Shown here: piece after piece, positions 18,926-28,702 of the stretch
Numbering within the stretch: the stretch's first letter is position 1
Layout: each line of letters begins with the position of its first letter
NCBI GenBank assembly: GCA_040386535.1
Contig: JAZKFH010000023.1
Span: 32,001-96,000 of the forward strand
Origin: Myxococcota bacterium
Lineage (GTDB): Bacteria > Myxococcota_A > UBA796 > SXON01
Reading direction: 5' to 3'
Length of the DNA stretch: 64,000 nt
The notes under the pieces: model-generated
The model's input: the letters and a program-made list of their open reading frames with translations, nothing else
Told to the model about the DNA's origin: nothing
The model's database searches: none
Made by a program: the position numbers and the translations under genes

Positions 18926-18961
18926 TCGGGCGCGCGCTCACCGACAGCGCCAGCAGGCGAC

Positions 18962-19699
18962 TCATCGGCGGCGGCGCTTCCGGACGCGACGCCGCGTGAG
19001 CATCCGCGCGAACGCCCGGCCCGGGGGGCCGAACGCGCCGGCGATCGTCTTGAGCACCGCACCGAACAGGGCGCCGAGGAGCCCGGTGACGAGGCCCTGG
19101 AACAGGCGTCCGAGCACACCCTGCTGGGGCGCGTGGGCCGGCGTCGAGGCGCGGCGGCGGGCGCCCTTGCCACGCGAGTCGGGGAGGGTGCCACGCGAAT
19201 CCGGGCGGGTGCCACGCGAAGCGGGGAGGGGGTTCGGGGCGACGCGCGCGGAGCTCCCGGACTGTCGATCGTCGAACACGACGTCCCGCCACGGAAGGTC
19301 CCCCGTGGGGTGGAGGGACACGCCCGCGGCCCCGCCGACGCAGTCGTCGACGAGCTCTCCCAGCACGCCCTGCCCGTCGCGGGAGTGGGTGCCGGAGCCT
19401 GTCACGAAGCGCACGGCGGGCGCGCGCAGCTTCGAGCGGCCGGCGAGCACCCGCGCCACGACCTCGCGGGCGAGCCGCTGATCGAGCCCGTGCAGGTCCA
19501 CGCGCGGCACCGCGCCGAGCTCGTCGGACCACTCGACGTCCACACGTTCCGCGACCTCCCAGGACGTGGCGGCGTCCCGATGCCAGGGCAGGCTCGCGCT
19601 GCGCGTCTCGATGTCGGCGAGCGCGCGCTCGAGCCACCTACAGTCCGGATCCTGCCCTGTCGCCAACGCCGCTCCGGCAAAGCGGGAGCATAGCCGCAC
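18962..19699 (-). CDS. Smr/MutS2 C-terminal-domain protein
   Basis: PRVDLHGL...VRFVTGSGTHS..GQGVL is the Smr signature; C-terminal amphipathic/hydrophobic helix; start uncertain. Confidence 0.75.
   Translation of the reverse strand: MRLCSRFAGAALATGQDPDCRWLERALADIETRSASLPWHRDAATSWEVAERVDVEWSDELGAVPRVDLHGLDQRLAREVVARVLAGRSKLRAPAVRFVTGSGTHSRDGQGVLGELVDDCVGGAAGVSLHPTGDLPWRDVVFDDRQSGSSARVAPNPLPASRGTRPDSRGTLPDSRGKGARRRASTPAHAPQQGVLGRLFQGLVTGLLGALFGAVLKTIAGAFGPPGRAFARMLTRRRVRKRRRR
19170..19232. repeat. Three imperfect 21-bp tandem repeats inside the Smr gene
   Basis: ccacgcga units at 19170, 19191 and 19212, encoding SRGTRPD/SRGTLPD-type heptapeptides. Confidence 0.8.
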
Positions 19700-19708
19700 G
19701 CGCGCCGC

Positions 19709-21151
19709 TCACCCCTCGATACACGTCATCCGGTACACCAACCACCCGTCCACGCCTACCGACGGGTCCGCGCACGCCTCGGTGACAACGAGCTCGGGGG
19801 CGCCGTCCCCGTCGAGATCACGACGCACCCACGCGGGGCGGTTGGCGGTCCCGGCGCAGCCGGGCGTGTCACCGGTGCCGCCCGCGAAGGAGCCGGTCGA
19901 GTAGCCCGTGGGCAGCGCGACGGGGGCGGCGGCAGACCAGCCCTCGCGGGTCAGGGCGTGCAGGTCCCACCGCGCATCGCCGACCGCGGGATCGACACAG
20001 CTCGCGGTGACGGTGACATCCGCGTCGCCATCGCCATCGGCGTCGTCCATCACCCACGCGGGGAGCGCCAGGTCACACTCGGGCGCCGGGTGCTCCCGCT
20101 GGTTGACGAGCAGGTTCAGCGACCACGGCGCGCGCCGCACGGCGCCGACCGACGCGAAGCCGGTGCCCTCGTTGGTGTAGACGGTCCAGTCGCTGCCCTC
20201 CGCCCCGCACCGGCGAGGCACGACGAGATCGGGCCGGTCGTCCCCCTCGACGTCGAGGAGGAAGTAGTCCGCGTTTCCCAAGCCGCACCCGAGCGCCCGC
20301 CCGAGGCGGTTGGCGCGCAACTCGGGGGGGACGCCCCAGCGCGCGCCCGGCGCGAACGTGGCGCCGTCGTTGGCCAGGTGGGCCCAGTAGGTGCTCCCAA
20401 CATCGGGTGTGTCGCAGGTGTCGGTGAGGACGATGTCGACCGGGCCGTCTCCGTCGAGGTCCACGACGCCCCACGCCGGGGCGTTTCCGAAGTCGCCGCA
20501 CTGCTCGGTTTCGCGGGGCGCGCCGAAGCTGCCGGGGGCGTACGGGGTCGGGATCTCACGGAGCTGGGCCGCGCCGAACCCGGCGCCCGTGTTGGGATAC
20601 CCGCGCCACGCGCCGGCCAGCGCGTCGTCCTCGCAGCCCTCGATGACGACGAGGTCCAACCGGCCGTCATCGTCGAGGTGTTCGAGGCGGAAGGCGGGGA
20701 GCGTGACCCCGTCCGTGCACACGGCGTCGTCGCGGAACGCCGCGAAGGCCCCGGGATCGGCGCCGGGCAGTTGCCAGGCGACCTCTTCGCCGAAGCCGGC
20801 CCCCTCCGCGGCGCCCACGGCGGGCCAGACGCGCCACGTGGCGGCGCCGACCGAGGGGTCGTCACAGTCCGAGAGTTGGACGAAATCGAGCCGATTGTCA
20901 CCCGTCAGGTCGACGAGGCGCGTGGCGGGGAGCCCGTCCACACAGTCGGCCACGTCGCGCTCCGCGCGGGTGAACGCGCCGCTCGACGCGCCCGCCGGGA
21001 GCGCCCAATGTGTGGGTGTGACATCGAAGGTCCACGCGGCACAAACCGCGTCCTCCCCGGTGTCGGGGAGCGGTGGGCCGCCGCCGGGTGTCGGGCCCGA
21101 GCAGGCGACCAGGGCCGACGCCAGGAGGGCAGGGACGACGGGTCGGATCAT
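19709..21151 (-). CDS. Cys-rich FG-GAP/VCBS-repeat lipoprotein
   Basis: Lipobox LVAC. Six repeats of DLxGDGxxDLVVxxxCxDPxVGxxxWxV(Y)xNxGxGF, each with paired cysteines. Confidence 0.8.
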   Translation of the reverse strand: MIRPVVPALLASALVACSGPTPGGGPPLPDTGEDAVCAAWTFDVTPTHWALPAGASSGAFTRAERDVADCVDGLPATRLVDLTGDNRLDFVQLSDCDDPSVGAATWRVWPAVGAAEGAGFGEEVAWQLPGADPGAFAAFRDDAVCTDGVTLPAFRLEHLDDDGRLDLVVIEGCEDDALAGAWRGYPNTGAGFGAAQLREIPTPYAPGSFGAPRETEQCGDFGNAPAWGVVDLDGDGPVDIVLTDTCDTPDVGSTYWAHLANDGATFAPGARWGVPPELRANRLGRALGCGLGNADYFLLDVEGDDRPDLVVPRRCGAEGSDWTVYTNEGTGFASVGAVRRAPWSLNLLVNQREHPAPECDLALPAWVMDDADGDGDADVTVTASCVDPAVGDARWDLHALTREGWSAAAPVALPTGYSTGSFAGGTGDTPGCAGTANRPAWVRRDLDGDGAPELVVTEACADPSVGVDGWLVYRMTCIEG

Positions 21152-21275
21152 ACGGGGCGCGGCCTCGCCAGACGGTAGCACCGCGGGGCGGCCGCCGCAC
21201 CTGGAGTCGGGGGTGGTATCCGGAGGAAACGACCGGTACACTCCGCGGCGATCGCGTCGCCGGAGGTCCCCCGCC

Positions 21276-22406
21276 ATGTTGATGTTGCTTACCTTCGGCT
21301 GCTCGTTCGGGCTCACCGCCGTCACCCAGGACGCGCGGGAGAGCGTGCCCGAGATCGCGACCATCACGCCCGCGTTCGGTCCTCCCAATGGTGGCACCGA
21401 GGTGACCATCTCCGGATCCGGCTTCGCGGGTGACGTGCGGGTGAGCTTCGACGGTGTCTGGGGCGACGTGACCGTGGTCGATCCGTCGACCCTGCTCGTG
21501 ACGACGCCGGGGATCGGGATCGAGCTGGCGGTCGACGTCGTGGTCGAGGCGGACAACGGCACGGACACCGTGGCCGACGGCTTCACCTATCGGCGGGAAG
21601 GCGGCGACTCGGGCGGGGACAGCGGCGAGGAGATCGACGTGGACAACACCGGCAAGGTGGGTGGCTACGTGACGTTCGCGTGGTCCGACCTCGCGTGCCC
21701 CGTCTGTGTGGGCCTCCCCTCCACCGAGCCCCCCACGGTGAGCGCCACCGCGGCGTTCCACACGCCCGAGCGCGGCTCGTGGTGGTCCTGGATCCCGGCG
21801 GACGGCGCCTGTGTCGCCGACGCGGCCGCGACGCCGCTCGCCACGACCACCTCCAACGCCGGCGGGAACGTCATCCTGAACGACGGCACGGACGACGTGA
21901 TCCTGGCGTCCGCCACCGGCAGCGGCGGTGTCACCTACGCCGCCAGCGGGCTCACCACGGCCAATTGGTCGTCCAACGGGGCTTGGGACGTCGCGGGGCG
22001 GGGTGGCACGGAGGTTGACGCCTTCCGCCTCGACGATGTCCTGGTGACCCCGTCGGACTTCACCTACATCCAGCCCGGCGGGATCGTCGCGGACACCACC
22101 CAGGGCGCGTGGAGCGTGCCTTTCGGCGGGGCCGCCGGCACGACGGTCAGCTGGGCGCCCTTCAGCGTCGGCGATCTGGTGGTGGTCACGCTCACCGCGA
22201 GCAGCGGCGGCAGCACCACGTGCACCAGCACGGATGACGGCACCCTGCTCGTCCCCGCGTCGGCCGTGACCGGCTTCTCCAACGGCGCGCAGCTCACCAT
22301 CCGCATCACCCGCTACACGTTCGGTGAGGCCGTCCTCCCGGACGGGTCGACCCTCGAGACCGTCGGCAGCATCGAGCGCGTGGGCACCGGGTACGTCAGC
22401 TACTGA
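21276..22406 (+). CDS. IPT/TIG-domain secreted protein / probable lipoprotein
   Basis: GGAGG RBS, MLMLLTFGC, ITPAFGPPNGGTEVTISGSGF...V.FDG...L.VTTP...FTY (IPT/TIG), then a Ser/Thr/Gly-rich beta region. Confidence 0.78.
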   Translation: MLMLLTFGCSFGLTAVTQDARESVPEIATITPAFGPPNGGTEVTISGSGFAGDVRVSFDGVWGDVTVVDPSTLLVTTPGIGIELAVDVVVEADNGTDTVADGFTYRREGGDSGGDSGEEIDVDNTGKVGGYVTFAWSDLACPVCVGLPSTEPPTVSATAAFHTPERGSWWSWIPADGACVADAAATPLATTTSNAGGNVILNDGTDDVILASATGSGGVTYAASGLTTANWSSNGAWDVAGRGGTEVDAFRLDDVLVTPSDFTYIQPGGIVADTTQGAWSVPFGGAAGTTVSWAPFSVGDLVVVTLTASSGGSTTCTSTDDGTLLVPASAVTGFSNGAQLTIRITRYTFGEAVLPDGSTLETVGSIERVGTGYVSY

Positions 22407-22427
22407 CCCGGCGCTCCGCGACGCGGT

Positions 22428-23036
22428 TCAACGCGCGTGCAACCCGACGCCGATCCCGGCCCCTACGGTCCACCAGTCCTCCCAGTCGGTAGACGGGCCG
22501 CGCGCGCTCCCCCAGCCGCCCTGCGCGCCGTAGTCGATGTACAGGATGCCGAGCGACTGGCGCACCCCCGCCTCGACGGTGAAGGTCGGGATCGCCCACA
22601 CGCCGCCCTGGTAGCCGTCCAGATCGGTGCGGCCGAAGCCGAAGCCGAAGGTGCCGGTGAACCGGGTGGTGGGATCGAAGCGCATCACGACGCCGGCGCC
22701 GTACTGGGTCAAACCGAAGGGGGTGGTCACGCTGTCGTCCGAGGTGGCCGTCTGCAGGGGCCACACCGCGGTGCGCCCCCAGAGCGACGCGCCCAGGCGC
22801 GGGCCGGGGGTGTCACGACTCACCATGAACAGGTCCACCCGCCCACCCAACGTGCCGTGAAGACCCGCGTCGGGCCACGCGCCGAGCAGGGCACCAGCGC
22901 CCACGCCGACCGTGACATCCGTACCGAACGCCGGGGGCGGGGCCGCGTCTTCCGGTGCGCCGGTGCGCTTCGAGGGCCCGTCGTCCGCCGACGCGGCTCC
23001 GGACATGAACGCGGCGAGGGCGACGAGCAGCAGCAT
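22428..23036 (-). CDS. Hypothetical exported protein, probable small outer-membrane beta-barrel
   Basis: Signal peptide MLLLVALAAFMSGAASA; alternating Gly/aromatic strands; ends WTVGAGIGVGLHAR. Confidence 0.6.
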   Translation of the reverse strand: MLLLVALAAFMSGAASADDGPSKRTGAPEDAAPPPAFGTDVTVGVGAGALLGAWPDAGLHGTLGGRVDLFMVSRDTPGPRLGASLWGRTAVWPLQTATSDDSVTTPFGLTQYGAGVVMRFDPTTRFTGTFGFGFGRTDLDGYQGGVWAIPTFTVEAGVRQSLGILYIDYGAQGGWGSARGPSTDWEDWWTVGAGIGVGLHAR

Positions 23037-23089
23037 CGCGTCCTCGTTATCCCGGTCCCGCCCGTCCGCCCCCCTTCCGTGCACCCCCT

Positions 23090-24124
23090 TCAGGCCGCGC
23101 TCCAGACCTCCATCGCGAAGGCATCGAGCCCGAGCGCGTCGAGCGCGGCGACCCCCGCCCCCACCGAGCCGTGCACCGGCGCCTCCGACGGCGGCAGATC
23201 CCGCACGGGGAACAGGCCCACCACCGAGCCGTCGCCCCCCGCGCCCGAGAACTTGGCCCCGAGGGCCCCCGCCGCACGGAGCGCGCGCACGGCGCGCACG
23301 AGCCCGGGGGCGCGGAGCGTGTCGAAGGTCGGCATCAGCTCCTCCTCGTAGATCTCCTGGCACGTGTCCATCGCGCCGCCGAGCGCGGCGAGGTCTCCGT
23401 CGAGGAGCGCCCGCCGCGCGAACGAGGCCTGGGCGCCGAACCCCTCGATCGCGCCCCGAACGGCACCCACCCGGCGCACGGCGTCGGGATCGCGGAGCGG
23501 CACCTCGCCCCGGAAGTGGCGCCCCAGCGTGGCGAGGATGCCCGCCGTGTCCCGTGGCGCGCGGAACGACCCGACCGCCAGCGCGAGCCGCGCCGGGAGC
23601 GGCTCCGCGAGCATCTCGTCGCCGAGGAAGCGCAGGTGCAGCGGCAGGCCCCACGCGCACGCGGCGGGATCCAGCCGGCCGCACGGCACACCGACGCGGT
23701 GGCGCTCGGCGGCGTAGGCGGCCTCGATCTCCTCCTCGCGGGAGAGGGTGCGCCCCGCGAGCTGGGCGAACGCGCGCACCAACGCGACGGAGAGCGCCGC
23801 GGACGACGAGAAGCCGCGCCCGGCGGGGAGGTCGCCGCCGATGTGGAGGTGCGCGGCCGTCACGATGCCAAAACGTTCGGACATCTCCGCGGACACGGCG
23901 GGCACGAAGTGGAGGAGGCCCGGCTCCTCGCCCTCGGTCCACGCGAGGGAGCGCCCCTCCAGCACCGCGGTGGCGGACATCGTGGCGGCCGGCTCGGCCT
24001 GCACGGTCACGGCGCGGTCCATCGGTACCACCACCGCGGCGCCGCCCGCCCAGTCGTTGTGTTCGCCGATCAGGCAGACGCGACCGGGCACACGCACGGC
24101 GACCCGGCCGTCCTCGAGCCTCAA
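23090..24124 (-). CDS. GHMP kinase (galactokinase-like)
   Basis: PGRVCLIGEHNDW, LPAGRGFSSSAAL, GAKFSGAGGDG. TTG start overlaps the HAD stop (TTGA). Confidence 0.88.
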   Translation of the reverse strand: MRLEDGRVAVRVPGRVCLIGEHNDWAGGAAVVVPMDRAVTVQAEPAATMSATAVLEGRSLAWTEGEEPGLLHFVPAVSAEMSERFGIVTAAHLHIGGDLPAGRGFSSSAALSVALVRAFAQLAGRTLSREEEIEAAYAAERHRVGVPCGRLDPAACAWGLPLHLRFLGDEMLAEPLPARLALAVGSFRAPRDTAGILATLGRHFRGEVPLRDPDAVRRVGAVRGAIEGFGAQASFARRALLDGDLAALGGAMDTCQEIYEEELMPTFDTLRAPGLVRAVRALRAAGALGAKFSGAGGDGSVVGLFPVRDLPPSEAPVHGSVGAGVAALDALGLDAFAMEVWSAA

Positions 24125-24771
24125 CGGAACACCGCGCGGCGCAGCACCGCGATGCGGTCGGGCAGCCCGCGCCAGCCCTCGTCGTCGTCGTAGAGCATCC
24201 CCACCAGCCCCGCCCGGTTGGCGCCCGCCACGTCCTTCTCCGGATCGTCCCCGATGTGGATGGCCTGGCGCGGCGACACGCCGGCGGTGCGGCACGCGAT
24301 CTTGAAGATCCACGGGTCGGGCTTCTCCACCCCGAGCTCCGCCGAGCAGATGAGCACGGTGAACATGCGCTCGAGCGCGAAGCGCTGGTACAACGTGCGC
24401 AGCCGACGGTCCCAGTTCGAGATGATGCCGAGGCGCACGCCCTGCCGGGCGATCTTGCCGAGCACCTCGAGCGCTTCGGTGTCGATCCACCACGCCTTCG
24501 GGTGGCCGTACCAGTCGTAGAGATCCTCGAACAGGCGGTTGTCGTCGACCCCCACCGAGTCCGCCACGATGCGCGCCCAGAAGTCCCGCCCGTCGCCGCG
24601 CTGGCGCAGCCGGCCCGCGCCCTTCATCGCGATGCGGAAGCGGTGCTCCACCTGCACGGGGTCGGCCACGTGGCCGCGCGCGCGGGCAAAGCGGGTGTAC
24701 GTCATGCCGATGGGTTCGCGCGGGCGCAAGAGGGTGCCCGCGGCGTCGACGAACAGGGCTTTTACGTCCAC
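24121..24771 (-). CDS. HAD-IA family hydrolase (REG-2-like)
   Basis: FVDAAGTL, IISNWD, EKPDPWIF, IHIGDDPEKDVAGA. Confidence 0.92.
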   Translation of the reverse strand: MDVKALFVDAAGTLLRPREPIGMTYTRFARARGHVADPVQVEHRFRIAMKGAGRLRQRGDGRDFWARIVADSVGVDDNRLFEDLYDWYGHPKAWWIDTEALEVLGKIARQGVRLGIISNWDRRLRTLYQRFALERMFTVLICSAELGVEKPDPWIFKIACRTAGVSPRQAIHIGDDPEKDVAGANRAGLVGMLYDDDEGWRGLPDRIAVLRRAVFR

Positions 24772-25310
24772 GGGCGCTCCAGCGCCGACTCCCTACCGCG
24801 TCGTTGCCGCAGCCGCCGCATCGAGGCCCGCGTGCCGAGGCCCACCCCCGCTCCGAGCGCGCCCCCGACGATCCAGCCCACGACGACGTCGCTCGGCCAA
24901 TGTTGGCCGGTCACCACGCGCGAGGCCCCGGCCAGCAGCGCGACGCCGACCAGCACGGGCGAGCCGGTCGCCGCCGCGAGCGCTGCGGTGTTCGCGGCGT
25001 GTGCCGAGGGCATCGCCTCGCCAGCCCCACACGCGCGCACCGTCGCTACGTCCGAGCGCTCCCGGCACGGGCGCTCGCGCCCGATCGCCGGCTTGAGGAC
25101 CCGCGCGCACAACGGATCCGCCAGCGCCACGGCGAGCCCACCCCCCACGATCCAGCCCCAGCGCCGTCTCCAGAGGGCCCAGCCCACCACGGCGAGCGCC
25201 AGGATCCCCGCCGCCATGTCCGAGCCGAGCCACGCCCAGAGCGGGCCGGTCGGTCCGGCGAGCAGCCCGTTGGCGGCGCGTAGCAGCGCCAGGTCGAGGG
25301 GTGGCGCTAC
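24762..25310 (-). CDS. PAP2-family phosphatase (undecaprenyl-PP/lipid phosphate phosphatase-like)
   Basis: KxxxxRxRP (LKPAIGRERP), PSAH and SRVVTGQHWPSD motifs. Start uncertain: first ATG is at 25217 but LDLALLRAAN extends further upstream. Confidence 0.85.
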   Translation of the reverse strand, partial: VAPPLDLALLRAANGLLAGPTGPLWAWLGSDMAAGILALAVVGWALWRRRWGWIVGGGLAVALADPLCARVLKPAIGRERPCRERSDVATVRACGAGEAMPSAHAANTAALAAATGSPVLVGVALLAGASRVVTGQHWPSDVVVGWIVGGALGAGVGLGTRASMRRLRQRRGRESALERPWT

Positions 25311-26116
25311 GGGGTCTCCTGCTGGACCGAGTGCTCGCGCGCGTCGACCACGCGGCTGAAGCGGTCGTAGATCGTGGCACGATCGAGCTTGTTGTTCCAG
25401 ATCGGCGTCGCGCTGCCCAGGTAGATCGCGATCTGATCGTTGGGGTCGGCCTGCGTGGCCCCGCGGCCGGCGTGCACCTTGACGGTGTTGCCGGGCGGCA
25501 GGAGCACCTTGGGCCACTCCCACGAGTTGCCGGAGATGTCGGCGATGCGGAAGCCGGACAAATCGAGGGTCTCGGCGCTGATGTTGCAGATGCGGAGGTA
25601 CTCGCCGTTCACGTTCTCGCGATCGTCCCCGTCCGCGTTGGCGTGGAACGACGTGATGTGCAGGACGCCCTGGAACTCGGGGGTGCTCCAGAGGCCGCGG
25701 CGCGCCTTGCGGGCGCGCTCCTGGGCGGCGATGAAGCCGGTCAGGTCGGTCTCGTCGGGGGGGATGACGAACAGGTGGCCCAGGCCGAGCTCCAGGATGT
25801 GCTCGGTGAGGCTCTTGCCCTCGATCTCGACGCCCGCGATGAGGCGCCCGTAGCCGTCCCGCACGGTGTCGCCGTACTGCAGCAGGGCGGTCTTGCCGGA
25901 CACGAACGCCTTCGTCGCCTCGCGCGCCTCGATCGCGTAGGCCTCGGGCGGCTTGAGCTCGGGCGTGTTCACCCACTTGAGCCGCACCTTGTCGCCCGTG
26001 GAGAGGGTGAACGTGTCGCCGTCGTACACGCTCGCGACCGACGCGGAGGGCGGCGGCGTGGCCGTGGAGGGAGGGGCGGCGGCGAGGAGCGTCGCGACGA
26101 GGATGAGCCAGCGCAT
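25307..26116 (-). CDS. Secreted thermonuclease (SNase) fused to a lamin-tail domain
   Basis: Signal peptide; VYDGDTF, VRLKWVNTPE, DGYGRLIA, ARKARRGLW; LTD: NADGDD..NVNGEYLRICN....LDLSGF.I.D...PIWNN..D. Confidence 0.9.
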   Translation of the reverse strand: MRWLILVATLLAAAPPSTATPPPSASVASVYDGDTFTLSTGDKVRLKWVNTPELKPPEAYAIEAREATKAFVSGKTALLQYGDTVRDGYGRLIAGVEIEGKSLTEHILELGLGHLFVIPPDETDLTGFIAAQERARKARRGLWSTPEFQGVLHITSFHANADGDDRENVNGEYLRICNISAETLDLSGFRIADISGNSWEWPKVLLPPGNTVKVHAGRGATQADPNDQIAIYLGSATPIWNNKLDRATIYDRFSRVVDAREHSVQQETP

Positions 26117-26128
26117 CGGGCCTCTCTA

Positions 26129-28156
26129 CTACGGGGGGGCGGGGAGGACAGGGAACTTGGCATCCACGCGGTCGAGCTGCCACAACAGATACGGGTCGCC
26201 GGGTGACAATCGTGCGGCGGTCGACGCGTGGCGGCGGGCGTCCTCGCCTCGGCCCGCGGCGATCGCCACGGTGGTCGCGGTGTCATGGTACGCCGAGTTC
26301 CACTCGCGCCCGGTGAGCGCGAGATCGATCCGCGCCCGCGCTTCGTCGAGGCGCTCGCCGCCGAGTGCCCAGTACCACGCGTCACAGTTGGCGCGATCGG
26401 GGCCCTCGGGGAAGGGCTCGCAGTCGCGGACGTAGCCCTTCTGCAAGGCGGCGCGGCCCTCCTCGACACGCCCCACGGTGAGGTAGGCGGCGCCGACGAA
26501 GTCCCAGGGCTCGTCCCCCGGATGCAGGCGGGCCAGCGCGCCCTCGATGTCGGACACGAGCGTGGAGACATCCTCCGGCGCGGCGAGCGTGGCCTGCATC
26601 CAGATGGGGACCCCGTTGAGCGGGTACACGCCGATGAGCTCGCGGGTGGCGACCATGGCGCCGTAGCGGTCGCCCTCGGCCATCGCCACGCGGGCCTTTC
26701 GGAGCAGGTGCGCGCTGCCGCCGGGCGAGATGGCGGCGGCCTCGCCGATGGCGGCACCGGCCTGGCTGGCCTTGCCGGCGGCCAGCAGCGCGTCCGAGAG
26801 CGCCACGAGCAGATCGTCACGCCCTTCCGCGTCCGGCGCCGCGTCGGTGAGCGCGTCCGTCGCCTCGGTGACCGCGCGCGCCGTGTGTCCGGCGACCAGC
26901 AGGCTGTCGATGTAGGCGACCCACTCGCCCTCCTCGGCGAGCGCGAGCGGATCGAGCGCCTCCAGCGTCGCGTTCGACGCGTCCCACTCGGCCCCGTTGC
27001 GCTGGATCCACGACAGGAGCACGCCGAGCTCGGCGTCGTCCGGGAGCGACTTGCGCGCTTCGAGCACGGTGGCGAGCGCGCCGGCGGCGTCGCCCTTGGC
27101 GTACTGCAGGCGCCCGCGGATGGCGGCGCGCGCGGGGTCCTCGCCGTGGCTCGCCCGCTCGAGCTTCAGGTACTCCCCGTACGCGTCGAACACACGGGGG
27201 ACACGACGCGACGGGCGCAGGAGGAAGCGCTGGCCGGGAAAATCGAGCACCGCCGTGAAGGCGCCCATGGGCCGGTAGCCGAGCAGGCCCGGCATGTCGG
27301 GGCGGTTGTTGGGGGGCGTGTCCGCGTTGTACCAGCGCGCGGGGCCCGCGTGCTTGATCGTGCGCCCGCCGATGCGGACGCGGTTCAGCGGCACGCGTCG
27401 GGTCACCTGGAGGAAGCTCGCCAGGGGCAGCTCGTCGAGGTCCGCGCCGATGCCCAGCACGGGCTCCACCCCCTCGGTGCTCGAACCGCGGAACGGCTCC
27501 CCGGTGCCGCCGCTGAACAACACGTCGTTCGCGCCGGTGTCGACCTCGAGGATCACCGTGGCCTGCGTCCCGTCCGTCGCGCGCACCACGACCGGGGTGT
27601 AGGCGTGCTGGCCGTCGACCACGAGCGGCGCGGCCTTGCCGGGCACGGTGAGGGCGCCGGGCGCGTACAGGTCGAGCGTGTCGGCGGGGTAGTCGATCAC
27701 GCACGTGAAGTTGGTCCACACGTTGTTGCCGAGGATGCCCGCGATCGGCAGCGCGCCCGCGAACTCGGGCACGCCCGGCACGTCGACGGCCACGTCCACC
27801 GCGTTGAGCTGGAACGCGCCGAGCCCGATGCGGGGCAACACCGCGCGTTTCCACGCCACGGAGCCCGAGAGGCCCTCGATCCGCCCGTCCACCGGCACGA
27901 TCGGCAGCCCGAGGCGCTCGACCACATCGCGGTGGATGACGGAGATCGACGCGCCCGTGTCGAGCAGGAACAGGGCGTCGCTGCCGTCGGGCAGCTTCGC
28001 GAGCACGTAGATCTTGTCGGCGCCCGGGGAGGAGCGCCAGAGATCCAGCGTGGTGCTGCGCACGCCGCCGAGCACCAGTTCGGCGCGGGGCGGGGGATAG
28101 GTCGGCGCCGCCACCGCGGTCGGGGCGAGCGCGAGCTGGGCGAGGAGCAGGAGCAT
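26129..28156 (-). CDS. Secreted aspartyl protease (two retropepsin-like domains) with TPR-like C-terminus
   Basis: Signal peptide; FLLDTGASIS...GILG and LEVDTGANDV...GLLG; Ala/Leu-rich helical repeats C-terminally. Confidence 0.82.
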   Translation of the reverse strand: MLLLLAQLALAPTAVAAPTYPPPRAELVLGGVRSTTLDLWRSSPGADKIYVLAKLPDGSDALFLLDTGASISVIHRDVVERLGLPIVPVDGRIEGLSGSVAWKRAVLPRIGLGAFQLNAVDVAVDVPGVPEFAGALPIAGILGNNVWTNFTCVIDYPADTLDLYAPGALTVPGKAAPLVVDGQHAYTPVVVRATDGTQATVILEVDTGANDVLFSGGTGEPFRGSSTEGVEPVLGIGADLDELPLASFLQVTRRVPLNRVRIGGRTIKHAGPARWYNADTPPNNRPDMPGLLGYRPMGAFTAVLDFPGQRFLLRPSRRVPRVFDAYGEYLKLERASHGEDPARAAIRGRLQYAKGDAAGALATVLEARKSLPDDAELGVLLSWIQRNGAEWDASNATLEALDPLALAEEGEWVAYIDSLLVAGHTARAVTEATDALTDAAPDAEGRDDLLVALSDALLAAGKASQAGAAIGEAAAISPGGSAHLLRKARVAMAEGDRYGAMVATRELIGVYPLNGVPIWMQATLAAPEDVSTLVSDIEGALARLHPGDEPWDFVGAAYLTVGRVEEGRAALQKGYVRDCEPFPEGPDRANCDAWYWALGGERLDEARARIDLALTGREWNSAYHDTATTVAIAAGRGEDARRHASTAARLSPGDPYLLWQLDRVDAKFPVLPAPP

Positions 28157-28197
28157 CCCGAGCCCTATCCTCCGCTCGGGAGGAGGGCCGCTGGCCC

Positions 28198-28641
28198 CTA
28201 TCCCTTGGCGATCTCGCGCTTGAGGTTCGCCAGGACCTTGTTGAACCCGTCTTCCAGGCGCTTGCGCATCAGCGTCGAGTCGATGATGCCGCCGAGGGGC
28301 CCGCCGGTGTCGTAGTCGGCGTGCAGCGTCACCAGCGTGTTGAGCGCCGGCTTCATCGTGCGGAGGGAGTAGTGGATCTTCCCCTCGAGGCGGCGGCCGC
28401 TGGTCTTGACGTGTACGCGCCGGCCGCCGTGCTCGTTGTCGACGTGGTCGAACGAGTAGCCGAGCGTGCGGGGGAGGGGGCTGGTCTTCAGCGTGAGGTC
28501 GAACTCCCCCGGCGCCTTGACCTTCATGGCGTCGAACGCGCCGTCCAGCATGCGGACGTGGTTCTCGCGGTTGCCGAGCCACTCGAGCACGTCGTCCCGG
28601 CGGATGCCCTCGATGAGGATGTCGGTGGTGATGACGGCCAT
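28198..28641 (-). CDS. SRPBCC/polyketide cyclase-like protein
   Basis: 147 aa; N-terminal strand then helix (VLEWLGNREN), beta-sheet core, GGPLGGIID, C-terminal long helix ending LANLKREI. Confidence 0.7.
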   Translation of the reverse strand: MAVITTDILIEGIRRDDVLEWLGNRENHVRMLDGAFDAMKVKAPGEFDLTLKTSPLPRTLGYSFDHVDNEHGGRRVHVKTSGRRLEGKIHYSLRTMKPALNTLVTLHADYDTGGPLGGIIDSTLMRKRLEDGFNKVLANLKREIAKG

Positions 28642-28702
28642 GGCGCTGCTCCGAATCGGAAGGGCCCCCGTGTTATCACGGGCGCCCCTCCGGGTGTAGC
28701 GC

